64,000 bases of DNA from Nitrosopumilus sp. (GCA_965203315.1 OZ241857.1:1632001-1696000), one strand, 5' to 3'; positions 10,198-20,176 are shown, numbered from the stretch's first letter. Translations and numbers: made by a program. Notes: a model not told the origin generated them from the sequence alone.

Positions 10198-11403
10198 ATG
10201 TCGATCAAACTTGGATTGATAGGCAAAACCAATACTGGCAAGACCACCTTCTTCAACTCTGCAACATTGTCATCTGGCGAGATCTCGTCATACCCGTTTA
10301 CAACAAAACGCCCCGAGTTTGGAGTGGGTCATGCTATAACACTATGTGTTCATCCAGAGTTTAAACTACAAGATGATCCAAACAACTCCAAATGTAGTGA
10401 TGGATGGCGTTACATTCCCATCGAGTTGATCGATCTACCTGGTTTGATAAAAGGTGCATGGTCAGGTAAGGGACTTGGAAATCAATTTCTAACAATTGCA
10501 GCACAATCAGATGCACTGTTACATATAGTCGATGCCTCTGGCGGAATAGATGCAACTGGAAAGATCACTACAACTGGAACAGGTGATCCAATATCAGATC
10601 TTGCGGATATCGAAGAAGAGCTGGTAATGTGGTATAACAAGATATTTGAAGGCAATAGAGACAAAGTATCCAAACTGATTAGAGCAGGTTCTGATACCGA
10701 GTCTGCGATATCAGATCTATATCGTGGAATAGGTGTAAATCGTGATCACGTAAAGAACGCAATCGCCTCTGCCCAACTCGAGTCCAAACATATCGATGAT
10801 TACACTATATCTGATAGTAAACTCTTTGCAGGGTGTCTGAGGCGATTCTCCAAGCCTACGTTGATTGTAGCAAACAAGATCGATGTCGAAGGTGCAGACA
10901 AGAACTTTATTCGATTGCAAGAACGATATCGTGACTCGATCGTGATTCCTGCTAGTGGTGATAGCGAGTACAGTCTTCGACTAGCTGAACAACGTGGTCT
11001 CATCCGATACTCGCCTGGCTCGGAGCAGTTTGAGATACTCCAACAAGACAAACTAAACACTAAACAGCTTGATGCCTTGGACTTTATCAAACGAGGCATA
11101 ATGGGAGAGTATATGCGAACTGGAGTACAGTTTGCAGTAAACGTTGCTGTGTTCAAGTTATTGAAGATGAACTCGATATATCCAGTGGCTGATGCTGATA
11201 AACTCTGCGACAAACAAGGACGTGTTCTACCTGATCTCATTCTATTAAAAGATGGTGCAAATATAGGTGATCTTGCTAAAGAGATACACACCGATCTCAC
11301 AAAAGGTCTGCTGTATGCCAAAGATGTGCGGTATAACCTCAGACTTCCTATCGACTATCAGCTTCGGGATCGAGATGTCGTATCACTAGTCAACGCAATA
11401 TGA
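10198..11403 (+). CDS. ychF: OBG-family YchF-like ATPase/GTPase with TGS domain
   Basis: GKTNTGKTT, YPFTT, DLPGL, NKID; C-terminal TGS (AKEIHTDL). Confidence 0.9.
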   Translation: MSIKLGLIGKTNTGKTTFFNSATLSSGEISSYPFTTKRPEFGVGHAITLCVHPEFKLQDDPNNSKCSDGWRYIPIELIDLPGLIKGAWSGKGLGNQFLTIAAQSDALLHIVDASGGIDATGKITTTGTGDPISDLADIEEELVMWYNKIFEGNRDKVSKLIRAGSDTESAISDLYRGIGVNRDHVKNAIASAQLESKHIDDYTISDSKLFAGCLRRFSKPTLIVANKIDVEGADKNFIRLQERYRDSIVIPASGDSEYSLRLAEQRGLIRYSPGSEQFEILQQDKLNTKQLDALDFIKRGIMGEYMRTGVQFAVNVAVFKLLKMNSIYPVADADKLCDKQGRVLPDLILLKDGANIGDLAKEIHTDLTKGLLYAKDVRYNLRLPIDYQLRDRDVVSLVNAI

Positions 11404-11579
11404 GATCTCTTTCTAGCTCTTGTTCGCAGTACTGCCTTACAACATATGCAACGAGTATCGTTTATACACATAAAGATGTCACAAAAAGTACATCGCTTTT
11501 GTCCTATCTCGTATCTGATCTTATTTGGTGCAGGCTTGGCTTTATACATACAACATATGTTTCGACACGTTCTACCCAT
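11358..11579 (-). CDS. Small Cys-rich Zn-finger protein
   Basis: CRNIC, CTFC, CICC. Start overlaps the end of the second tfb, so probably co-transcribed. Confidence 0.65.
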   Translation of the reverse strand: MGRTCRNICCMYKAKPAPNKIRYEIGQKRCTFCDIFMCINDTRCICCKAVLRTRARKRSHIALTSDTTSRSRS

Positions 11580-12468
11580 CTAGATCATCTCCCACAACTT
11601 GACGAATCTCTCTTGTCCTATCTCGAATAGTTACAGCACTAATTCCTGACACATCTGCGATTTTTACTTGTGATATATTCTCTGCATTTATTATAGAAGC
11701 TAGATGTATAGCAGCAGCGGCCATCGCCACTGGATTCTTACTCGTTGTAATGTTCTTTCTTTGAGCAATATCTAGTATGTCTAGTGCACACCTCTCTGTC
11801 CTCTCTGATACCGGAATCGATTTTGCAATTCTTGGTACAAACTCGATTGGACTATATGCGACCGGCGTGATATCCATCTTTTTTATTATAAATCGATATA
11901 TCTTTTGTAGATTCTTCTTTTTGATGTTTCCTGCTGTTGCAATGTCTTGAAGTGTTCGTGGGGTATTTGTGAGTCTACATGTTATGTATATTGCAGCACA
12001 CAGTGCACTAGTAGTTGATCGTCCAGATAGTATCTTCTTTGCTACCATCTTTCTAAAAAAGTGCGCTGTCTGTTCAACTATTGGCTCTGGCAACCCAAGC
12101 CGACCTGCCATGCCATCTAGTAGAATGAATGCTTTCTGAAACGACTTGGTCGACAAGGCATATCTGCTGTTTCTGTCCCACATCCTTAAACGATAGAACA
12201 TTCGTTTATTCTCACTTGACAGATCCCTGCCAGTAACATCTTTGTCTTTTGACTCGATGATTGTAGACAGTCCCATGTCTACCATCTTTAACGAGATCTT
12301 TTGTCCAGTTCTAGATTCGTTATAATGTTCTCCAGTACTCTCAGGTCCTGTGTAAAACACTCTCTCTGAACAGACTGCACCACAATTACTACAAGCAATC
12401 TCGCCTGTATGATAATCTGTAACTATATTACTACTCTTGCAATCTGCCTGATGAACTATCTCTACCAA
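11572..12468 (-). CDS. tfb: Second, divergent transcription initiation factor B
   Basis: DYHTGEIACSNCG, DMGLSTII, RLRMWD, TPRTLQDI, GISAVTIRDR. B-reader EWR motif is absent. Confidence 0.9.
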   Translation of the reverse strand: MVEIVHQADCKSSNIVTDYHTGEIACSNCGAVCSERVFYTGPESTGEHYNESRTGQKISLKMVDMGLSTIIESKDKDVTGRDLSSENKRMFYRLRMWDRNSRYALSTKSFQKAFILLDGMAGRLGLPEPIVEQTAHFFRKMVAKKILSGRSTTSALCAAIYITCRLTNTPRTLQDIATAGNIKKKNLQKIYRFIIKKMDITPVAYSPIEFVPRIAKSIPVSERTERCALDILDIAQRKNITTSKNPVAMAAAAIHLASIINAENISQVKIADVSGISAVTIRDRTREIRQVVGDDLDG

Positions 12469-12519
12469 TATGTTGTATATTGTCTTTGAAATTATTTAAA
12501 GCGACAATCATATTCAAAC

Positions 12520-12558
12520 TAGTGCTAAACCAGGTATTTACAAAAACTTTTGGCACCA
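12520..12558. promoter_or_regulatory. Two degenerate operator half-sites upstream of the second tfb
   Basis: TAGTGCTAA (12520-12528) and TTGGCACCA (12550-12558), each one mismatch from TAGTGCCAA/TTGGCACTA. Another TAGTGCTAA lies at 12702. Confidence 0.55.
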
Positions 12559-12814
12559 TGTCGTAAATACATACATAGTTAAATTCTCAAATATGCGCTA
12601 AATTTTATGTCTTGTGTTTTGTTTACCATTTGTAGATTTTACATAAAACCTATGATCAACTTTGAGTCGTGTCAACCATTGAATCATACACGTCTGAACT
12701 CTAGTGCTAAAGATGTTAATTCAAATATCTTGATAGACATCTCTGCAAATTCGTTATCGTCTAGATATACTAGGCACGGTTTTAAATCATATTCAACTTG
12801 TACGTGATGTATAG

Positions 12815-13252
12815 ATGAGTTACTCTTTTCGACTACAATCTCACTCCTCACTCCCACAATCGGTATTGTACAAGATAAGTACAGATATTTCCAACTTTGA
12901 TAAAGTCATGCCTAATCACTTTCGTTCAATTGATATAGTAAAGTCTAGTGCCAACACGATCACAACCAAGGAGCATATCGTCTTTTTACATATTCCGATA
13001 ACTATCAAAGTACATCACAAGATTGTACCGCCGGATATGCATCAAGTAGATATCTCGAGTGGACCATTTTCTGGCACGCAGTTTGTTGAGCGCTATACAC
13101 CTCATCATACTGGAACAATTATAACTATAGATGTGACACTCCCTTGCTATCTACAACTCTTTAAACCTGTTAGATATCTCGTATCCAAAATAATGCTTAA
13201 TACCTTGGAGCAATTTGTTATGTCTGCAGAGATGTACGAGTCCAAGAGATAG
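12815..13252 (+). CDS. SRPBCC/polyketide-cyclase-like ligand-binding protein
   Basis: LYKISTDISNFDKVMPNHF and ISSGPFSGT...GTIITI pattern of START/SRPBCC folds. Confidence 0.7.
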   Translation: MSYSFRLQSHSSLPQSVLYKISTDISNFDKVMPNHFRSIDIVKSSANTITTKEHIVFLHIPITIKVHHKIVPPDMHQVDISSGPFSGTQFVERYTPHHTGTIITIDVTLPCYLQLFKPVRYLVSKIMLNTLEQFVMSAEMYESKR

Positions 13253-13270
13253 TTGGCACTATAGTGCAAA
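13253..13270. promoter_or_regulatory. Near-perfect 18-bp palindromic operator TTGGCACTATAGTGCAAA
   Basis: One mismatch from a perfect dyad. Lies just upstream of the TATA-like AATAAATAT (13282) of the FAD oxidoreductase gene. Confidence 0.7.
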
Positions 13271-13310
13271 TAGCTTTGCAGAATAAATATCTTGATTATG
13301 TATGCTGATC

Positions 13311-14645
13311 ATGGTTTATGATGTTTTAGTAATTGGTGCCGGAGTTGGCGGATTGTCATCAGCTGCACTGTTGGCAAGACAAGGTTACTCTGTCAAAGTC
13401 GTCGAGCGTGCAGAGAAGGTTGGCGGCAGAATTGCATCTACTGTGTATCGCAACCATATATTGGATAATGGTTTTCATATAATGCCTTTTTATAAAAAAT
13501 CAGCAATCTATTCTATACTGAAAGAACTTGGGATAGAGTCAAGGTTACGTCTTGCCAAAGTTGATAACATTGCATTTTATGATAACGAATTTTATCGATA
13601 TCCAAAAGGGATTACAGATATTCTTCGAATGTCGATGATTCCAATAAAAAGTAGATTTCAATTATTGCGTCTATTACTTCCACTCGCATTCTCTTCTGTA
13701 TCGAGAACAGAACAATGGGATGATACTCCTCTTACAAACATAACTCATAATCTAGATTCGGCCACATCAGCATTCTTTGAAGCAGTATGCATGCTGGCGT
13801 TTGCTGACACTGCAGAACACATATCTCTAGGCGAGTTTGCGCGTACTATAATTCGAGCAAATCCATTCAAAGGAGGTACTAGCGAATTTGCATATCCACA
13901 CTCTGGTGGATACGATGCTATTACTAACCTCTTGGCAGACTATATTCATGAAGCAGGAGGTGAGATAGAGACAAGTTCTAGAGTACAACAGGTGATGGTC
14001 AAAGATTCAAAAGCAGTTGGTATTAAATTTGATTCAGGCGAATCTTTAAACGCACGATCAATAGTGATATCGTTTCCTGCATATCTTGCTCTACATCAAC
14101 TCTTTGAACCAAATATTATAGATCCCAAGTTTGTCGCAAAGATAGATCAACTCAACAAAACTACATCTGTGGTCGAAGTTCATTTTGCGCTACGATCACA
14201 GCTCGACTCTAGACAAGTGATCTTTCCTGTAGGGGACTATGTCACTAAAGGAATATTCTTCATCTCAAATATCACACCAAAAGTATCTCCTCTTGGAGAG
14301 CATCTGATAATTGCAGGCACACCTGTACCGCCTTCAATCCCAAAGAATCCTAGCAAGGTTAGAGACGTTGTTGATAAAATGAAACAAGAGATATCAACTA
14401 TCTATCCAAAATTCAAATCTGAACTCATCTGGGAGATGCCAAAAGCATGGAGTCTAGTCGAGTCAGTAGTCAAGGAACCAGGCAAGGTGTGGTTATCCAA
14501 GATGCCACACCAGATATCTGGAATTGACGGTCTATTCTTTGTAGGTGATTCTACTGTAAGCTATGGGATTGGAACCGACTCTGCTGCGCACAGCTCTATA
14601 CTATGTCATCCAAAGATCAATACCTATCTGTCAAATACTTCGTAA
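13311..14645 (+). CDS. Phytoene-desaturase-like FAD-dependent oxidoreductase
   Basis: DVLVIGAGVGGL...VERAEKVGGR, LDNGFH, YPHSGG, GLFFVGD. Confidence 0.85.
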   Translation: MVYDVLVIGAGVGGLSSAALLARQGYSVKVVERAEKVGGRIASTVYRNHILDNGFHIMPFYKKSAIYSILKELGIESRLRLAKVDNIAFYDNEFYRYPKGITDILRMSMIPIKSRFQLLRLLLPLAFSSVSRTEQWDDTPLTNITHNLDSATSAFFEAVCMLAFADTAEHISLGEFARTIIRANPFKGGTSEFAYPHSGGYDAITNLLADYIHEAGGEIETSSRVQQVMVKDSKAVGIKFDSGESLNARSIVISFPAYLALHQLFEPNIIDPKFVAKIDQLNKTTSVVEVHFALRSQLDSRQVIFPVGDYVTKGIFFISNITPKVSPLGEHLIIAGTPVPPSIPKNPSKVRDVVDKMKQEISTIYPKFKSELIWEMPKAWSLVESVVKEPGKVWLSKMPHQISGIDGLFFVGDSTVSYGIGTDSAAHSSILCHPKINTYLSNTS

Positions 14646-15473
14646 GATCTTTGGAATCTCATCAAGCTCAACATCGCCTACGACACGTGCTGCAAGTTTA
14701 GGGATATCTTTGGTGTGCAATGCATATCCACCAACTAGGATCGGTTTGTTGTATGTGTCATTGATCTTTTTGATCAATCTCTGACCTGCTACTATGTTCT
14801 CAGGCAGAGTTATTGAAACAAAGACTACGTCAGGATCATTATCTCTAATAAAGTCTAGAATCGCTCTAGTTGGAATAGATGTTCCCATATTGTATACTCT
14901 ATATCCTCTTGTAGTTAGATACGTCTCTAGTACATCACATCCTAGATGGTGCTCTTCGCCCACCGGAACACAGATCATTATCTTCTTTTTATTCCCTTTA
15001 TTGGATACGCGACTCATGATTATCTTTATCAATGTCTGTGCAACGTTACTTGCTACATGCTCGGTGGCAATTCCAATCTTACCGTTGGCCCAATCCTGAC
15101 CTATATCCTTCATGACTGGTCGTAATATCTTGTCAAAAAATCCTGCCTCCGCAAAAGATTTCGCATACATGTCGTATATCTTTAAACACTCTTGAATATC
15201 TCCTTCTGTCAATTTCTGGTACAGATTCTTCTTTGATCTATTTGTTGCTCTATCTCTTTTTTTGATATCTTTTGGACTATGTGCTGCAAGAGCAGAGAGT
15301 ATCTTTGGGTCGTTGCGATATTGTACTGGAATATCATCTTGTTCAACTTGTGATGCTTTTCCGAGATACTTTACTATCTTTTGCTTTGACGTGTTCTGTT
15401 TAGAGTCCCAGACACTCTTTACCAAGTATAGATACCTGTCCGACTTTATCTTCTTGACTCTGATGTATACCAT
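14631..15473 (-). CDS. Cobalamin-binding CarH/LitR-like regulator with non-MerR N-terminal domain
   Basis: W-x9-EH (WANGKIGIATEH) cap motif; EEHHLG...VSIT...VGG B12 Rossmann motif; basic beta-rich N-terminus. Confidence 0.85.
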   Translation of the reverse strand: MVYIRVKKIKSDRYLYLVKSVWDSKQNTSKQKIVKYLGKASQVEQDDIPVQYRNDPKILSALAAHSPKDIKKRDRATNRSKKNLYQKLTEGDIQECLKIYDMYAKSFAEAGFFDKILRPVMKDIGQDWANGKIGIATEHVASNVAQTLIKIIMSRVSNKGNKKKIMICVPVGEEHHLGCDVLETYLTTRGYRVYNMGTSIPTRAILDFIRDNDPDVVFVSITLPENIVAGQRLIKKINDTYNKPILVGGYALHTKDIPKLAARVVGDVELDEIPKILRSI

Positions 15474-15504
15474 CTGTTTGATATGTCTGCTTTTGATATA
15501 TAAC

Positions 15505-15598
15505 TAATGCCAATTTTACAATATAGTGCCAACTTTTTGTTATTTACTTGGCACTATAAAGTATTTTTAACACTAGTTTAAATTCATAGTAGTGCCAT
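15505..15598. promoter_or_regulatory. Divergent promoter with five operator half-sites
   Basis: TAATGCCAA 15505, TAGTGCCAA 15524, TTGGCACTA 15548, TTAACACTA 15567, TAGTGCCAT 15590. They flank TATA-like elements near 15497 (minus strand) and 15577 (plus strand). Confidence 0.75.
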
Positions 15599-15607
15599 GA
15601 TATTCTA

Positions 15608-16945
15608 ATGAAAAAGACAGTTCTCGTAACAGGATGCACTGGCTTCATTGGTTCTAGACTGATATCACGGCTTGGAGAATTAGACTATAGTGTACTGGGA
15701 ATGAGTCGACGAGATCTAGATGATACAGATAACATTAGATATGTCAAAGCTGATGTCTTTGATCTAGACAACCTGATAGATGCCATGCGTGGAGTTGATG
15801 TAGCATATTATCTACTACATTCGATGGAAGGCAGTCGAGACAAGTGGCAACAGTTTGCAGGACGAGAGAGAATACAAGCACAGAACTTTCTCAAAGCAGC
15901 TACTATCTGTGGAGTAAAGAGGATCATATATCTTGGCGGTCTAGTTGATGACTCTCTAGATCTATCCCCTCACATGAAGAGTCGAATAGATGTTGGTAAA
16001 ATATTGGCATCTGGTGATATTCCTGTAACTGAACTTCGAGCATCTATAATTATTGGTGCACAGAGTGGCTCTTTTACAATGTTGCGTTATCTGGTAGAGC
16101 GACTATCTGTAATGATATGTCCTTCGTGGGTAAACTCTCTTGCGCAGCCAATCGCAGTTGGTGATGTAATCGAATATCTTGTTAGATGTATAGGGGTTGA
16201 TGAGACAGAAGGTAAGATATTTGAGATTGGTGGTCCAAAACAACTCACCTACAAGGATCTACTATATGCCTATGCCGAATACCTTGGCAAAAATATCTAC
16301 ATCTTGCAGATCCCATTTCTCACAACTAGACTCTCTTCGTACTGGGTTGATCTGATAACTCCTGTCAAAGCAGCACTTGCACGTCCACTAGTGGATAGTC
16401 TTGTACACGATACAGTTGTGACTAGTAGACCTATACACGATCTCATTCCTTTGAAACTCAAGTCATTTGAAGAAGCGATCGATATAGCAGTACATGAGAT
16501 GAGTGATTCCCCTCCACATCTCAAACTAACAGAGAAGACAAGTTTTTGTACAAATCAACGAATTCTTCAAGTGTCACTGGTCGCAATGATGATCATAGGT
16601 ACTACATACTATTGGCTAGATGACAGATCAGATGTCTTTCATGTACTGTGGCTGTTTGCTGCGTTCTTGTGGTATACATCTTGCATCTCTGCAATCTTTT
16701 TGATCCAAAAGAAGACTCGACTTGGATATGTTCTTGCTGGTATATTGTCGTGGATAACTCTGGCATTCTGGCTCTTTGACAACTATTATGTTGTATTTGG
16801 TGATACAGCTATTGCTGGTATGCCAAATGATGCGATGACTAGTCGTAACTTTGTCGGAATGTTTGTAGCGGCCATCTCTATCGTTGCATCACATAACCTA
16901 TTTCACAAGATTGTAAAGTATCAGTTTAAGGGAAGACAAATCTAG
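15608..16945 (+). CDS. YbjT-like NAD(P)-binding atypical SDR with C-terminal membrane domain
   Basis: VTGCTGFIG, AYYLLHSM, IIYLGGL, ELRASIIIG, QPIAVGDV, WVDLITPV; about four hydrophobic helices at the C-terminus. Confidence 0.85.
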   Translation: MKKTVLVTGCTGFIGSRLISRLGELDYSVLGMSRRDLDDTDNIRYVKADVFDLDNLIDAMRGVDVAYYLLHSMEGSRDKWQQFAGRERIQAQNFLKAATICGVKRIIYLGGLVDDSLDLSPHMKSRIDVGKILASGDIPVTELRASIIIGAQSGSFTMLRYLVERLSVMICPSWVNSLAQPIAVGDVIEYLVRCIGVDETEGKIFEIGGPKQLTYKDLLYAYAEYLGKNIYILQIPFLTTRLSSYWVDLITPVKAALARPLVDSLVHDTVVTSRPIHDLIPLKLKSFEEAIDIAVHEMSDSPPHLKLTEKTSFCTNQRILQVSLVAMMIIGTTYYWLDDRSDVFHVLWLFAAFLWYTSCISAIFLIQKKTRLGYVLAGILSWITLAFWLFDNYYVVFGDTAIAGMPNDAMTSRNFVGMFVAAISIVASHNLFHKIVKYQFKGRQI

Positions 16946-17119
16946 TACGTGATATTTTCATATATGACGAACCATGTCAATGATCTCTACAAGATAAATT
17001 TTCAGATGGTAATATGTGATTATATTACATACACTAGAATTTAGAACTTGATCTTTACAGATACTATGATTCTGATATAAACCTCAATAATTTTTATATC
17101 TGCCTTGCCGTTGTTTAAT

Positions 17120-17983
17120 ATGTCTAAATCACAAGAGAATACTGAATATATGTTGTGTAATGTATGCTTTGAACCATTTATGTATAATGATGTAAAATGG
17201 CTCCCAGAGAAGACAAAGTATTTTTCTAACAAAAATTTTAAACACGTACTTAAGGGTCTCGAAGATAAATCATTTGTTGAGTCATTTAAGAAAAAAAGAA
17301 AAGAGATGCTGGATTTGCAAAAGAGATTTCATAATGGTGATTATGACTCGATCGTAGATGACTTTATAAATATGCATAAAGTAGGTATAGAAATCGAAGA
17401 AATTAAGATGTACAAGATTCATATGTTGAATGTTGTTAAAAGACTGCGTAATAATTTAGATGATGACATGAAACGACATGTGGATAACCTTACGCAGTAT
17501 CCTGGACTAGTATTTGGCTGCTATGATTTTTCATATACCTCGAGGTGTCCACACTGCACGTTCCCAACAGTTCTAGTGTGGCGTGGACACGAGTCACTAA
17601 AGCGCTGTATAAAAATTAAGAGCAAGGATGACGACGACAAGAGTACATTTAGATGTATATCGTGCAGTACCGAATTGATTGCAGAGCACCATATTTGGAA
17701 ACGTGTTGATACTCCTAAAGGCATATATCTGGAAACCATCTGTCAAAAATGCAATAAAGCACAACCATATCCCTATGGTTTCAATTCCCTTTCAAATGTA
17801 GTCGAGAGTGGAGGACCACACTCTAGAATAGAATATGAAAAAATTCCTAAATGGATGATCACTGTACCTAGGTCGTATATTTGTGTTGATATTGGAGTAT
17901 TGGATTCTCAAATATACACTGTACCTGACAACAGAGAGATTGCGGACGCTGCATCGATTCTATTTACATTCTGGAAAAATTGA
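17120..17983 (+). CDS. Hypothetical protein with four CxxC pairs (family member 2, long subtype)
   Basis: Paralog of 1369-2277 (YPGLxFGCYxF, WxGHESLKR, KSTFRCxSC, ELIAEH, VESGGPH). Confidence 0.8.
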   Translation: MSKSQENTEYMLCNVCFEPFMYNDVKWLPEKTKYFSNKNFKHVLKGLEDKSFVESFKKKRKEMLDLQKRFHNGDYDSIVDDFINMHKVGIEIEEIKMYKIHMLNVVKRLRNNLDDDMKRHVDNLTQYPGLVFGCYDFSYTSRCPHCTFPTVLVWRGHESLKRCIKIKSKDDDDKSTFRCISCSTELIAEHHIWKRVDTPKGIYLETICQKCNKAQPYPYGFNSLSNVVESGGPHSRIEYEKIPKWMITVPRSYICVDIGVLDSQIYTVPDNREIADAASILFTFWKN

Positions 17984-18413
17984 CCCATGTGTTGATGATC
18001 TGAATGTGCTTGTTAGACTGTGGCAATTGCTTTTTGAGTCCCTCCTCAATGAAGTCTATTTTTAATATGATTGATCACAATAACTGATGTCAAGTTAGCA
18101 GAAAAGACAAGAGCCGATAAACCAGATATCTCTAGAGACATGAACATAACATTTTGATAGACAAACATGAAAGAGATATGTTAAAGAACATTTAGCAATT
18201 GTGATCGAAGAACTGGAATCCAAACTTGCATGATTCCAACATAATTACGTGATTGGTCATCTTGAGTTTTCTATCGCTGGGTATGTCAGGATCTATTGTA
18301 GTCTTGCTCAAATATAATCAATTATTATTTGGATTTATTGATTTGTCGTCAATCATATCTGAATTACTGTGCAGATATAGTATAAAAAACCTAATGAATA
18401 AAAGTATCTGCTA

Positions 18414-19568
18414 ATGGTCAATTCTGTTGATATTCGTCATGCTCTACTAGATCAATGGAATCGACAACTAGCTCAACATACTTTGTACCACTCAGACTCG
18501 TTAAGTGGTGCCAGTCCACCATCTGTATTTGTAGGATCGTATGGATACCCCAAAGTGCTTGTAGGACCTATGGTTCCGCCAACACACGGTGACACAAGTC
18601 TACTCGATAGTCCAGAACAATGGAAAGATATGTCGCTTGATGAGATCATAAACTTTAGACTCAATCTAGTTCGTGGTACGCAAAAGACGCCTATCGATCA
18701 AACAGATACTAGATACATACAAGAACTCCAAGTATTGAGCATGTCATCAAGACCTATCGATACTGATCTAGAATTTGATCAACCGATCAAGCCTATTGTA
18801 TCACTTGACGATCACAGTCCTGTATTTGGTCCAATGGGACAGATAACTAATGCTCGATTTGGTTCTGCATCTACACTTCGACCTATTGAGAGAGTCTTTT
18901 ACGATCGAGATCTTGGCGCAGCAGATGCTGTATTGAATCTATATCGAGCAGATGTCGAGATCTCTAGAATTCAACGTTGTTTTAGTATTGGTATGTTGGG
19001 TAAGAGTCGATCTCTAGTACCAACTCGTTGGAGTATTACTGCAACCGACGATATCATATCGAGATCTCTTGCTGATGATATCTTGGATCACTCTCTCATC
19101 GACTCTTGTATGGTGTTCACATATGCACATCTTGGAAACAAGTTTGTTGTAATACTGTTTCCGCACAGATGGCTCTATGAGATGATCGAGGCATGGTACT
19201 CTGATGGTGTATTGGGGTTTGGTTCTGATCATGAAGATGCACGTGGGATATCACATCCGCCAGCAATTGCTGGCGCATACTTTGCTGCTAAACTTGGCGT
19301 CTTGGAGTATCTTTCACATATACAGAGACAGGCTGGAGTCTTGATATTGCGTGAGATCAGTCCCGAGTATGCGCTTCCGGTCGGAGTATGGCAGATTCGT
19401 GAAGGTGTGCGGGCAGCTATGCAACAGATGCCCATAATGCTTGAATCCTTTGATGTTGCACTAGACGTGGCTACAAAGATGACAAACATTGCCACCCACG
19501 AGTGGCTTAAACACGGTCACATCTTCGAGATGCTTAGACAAAAGGTGTTGTCTGATTTTGTGATATAA
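18414..19568 (+). CDS. nreA: Archaeal DNA repair protein NreA (DUF650/DUF651)
   Basis: SPPSVFVGSYGYPKV, LVPTRWSITATDD, GAYFAAKLGVLEYL, PVGVWQIRE; C-terminal PIP box QKVLSDF. Confidence 0.9.
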   Translation: MVNSVDIRHALLDQWNRQLAQHTLYHSDSLSGASPPSVFVGSYGYPKVLVGPMVPPTHGDTSLLDSPEQWKDMSLDEIINFRLNLVRGTQKTPIDQTDTRYIQELQVLSMSSRPIDTDLEFDQPIKPIVSLDDHSPVFGPMGQITNARFGSASTLRPIERVFYDRDLGAADAVLNLYRADVEISRIQRCFSIGMLGKSRSLVPTRWSITATDDIISRSLADDILDHSLIDSCMVFTYAHLGNKFVVILFPHRWLYEMIEAWYSDGVLGFGSDHEDARGISHPPAIAGAYFAAKLGVLEYLSHIQRQAGVLILREISPEYALPVGVWQIREGVRAAMQQMPIMLESFDVALDVATKMTNIATHEWLKHGHIFEMLRQKVLSDFVI

Positions 19569-20073
19569 CTGATGTAAAGAGATCTCGCTGTGGTTCAGAG
19601 TACAGCAAAAAGTATGTTTGGTTGGCAAGATATGTTTTATTAAATTTGTAAATTATGGGGTTTATCGTAGCCAAGACTGTTCCTAACATTAACTCCTTAC
19701 GCTTGTATTTGTCTATCAATGCAATAAACGACATCTTTTCATTATGATCAAATTCATTCGAAAAATGTCCAAAGACGTGCATTATGACATTACTATGTGT
19801 CTTGATGGTTGGCTGTCGTTCTAACACTAGATGTAGATCTTTTTCGTATTTGGTTAGAATATTGTTCATCTCTCCATGTTTATAACTTGCAACTATTCTA
19901 CCAAGTGTCTTTAGTTTAGATTGGTCACGGGACATTATCAGATACTTGTTTCTCGCATGAAACTCTACTAGATGACGAATTCTAGCTAGTCTCTTAATGT
20001 GGTTGAATCTAGATGACACGAACTCGGTAATATCGCTATCTGATATCTCACTAGTTCCATTTGCTGACTCCAT
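19534..20073 (-). CDS. DUF1722 (YbgA C-terminal-like) protein
   Basis: LVEFHARNKYLIMS, HSNVIMHVFGHF, YLANQTYF. Confidence 0.85.
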   Translation of the reverse strand: MESANGTSEISDSDITEFVSSRFNHIKRLARIRHLVEFHARNKYLIMSRDQSKLKTLGRIVASYKHGEMNNILTKYEKDLHLVLERQPTIKTHSNVIMHVFGHFSNEFDHNEKMSFIALIDKYKRKELMLGTVLATINPIIYKFNKTYLANQTYFLLYSEPQRDLFTSVISQNQTTPFV

Positions 20074-20124
20074 CTATTTGATTTATGATCCTATGAATAT
20101 AAAGTCAGATCTTTTATATTTGAT

Positions 20125-20176
20125 TTAGCACCAGATTTAGCTAAATTTGTTGGCACTATATTGAAAATTACCACTA
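20125..20176. promoter_or_regulatory. Operator half-sites in the divergent promoter of DUF1722 and the secreted protein
   Basis: TTAGCACCA 20125, TTGGCACTA(TATTGAAAA) 20150, TTACCACTA 20168; the last abuts TATA TTATATAT at 20179. Confidence 0.65.
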
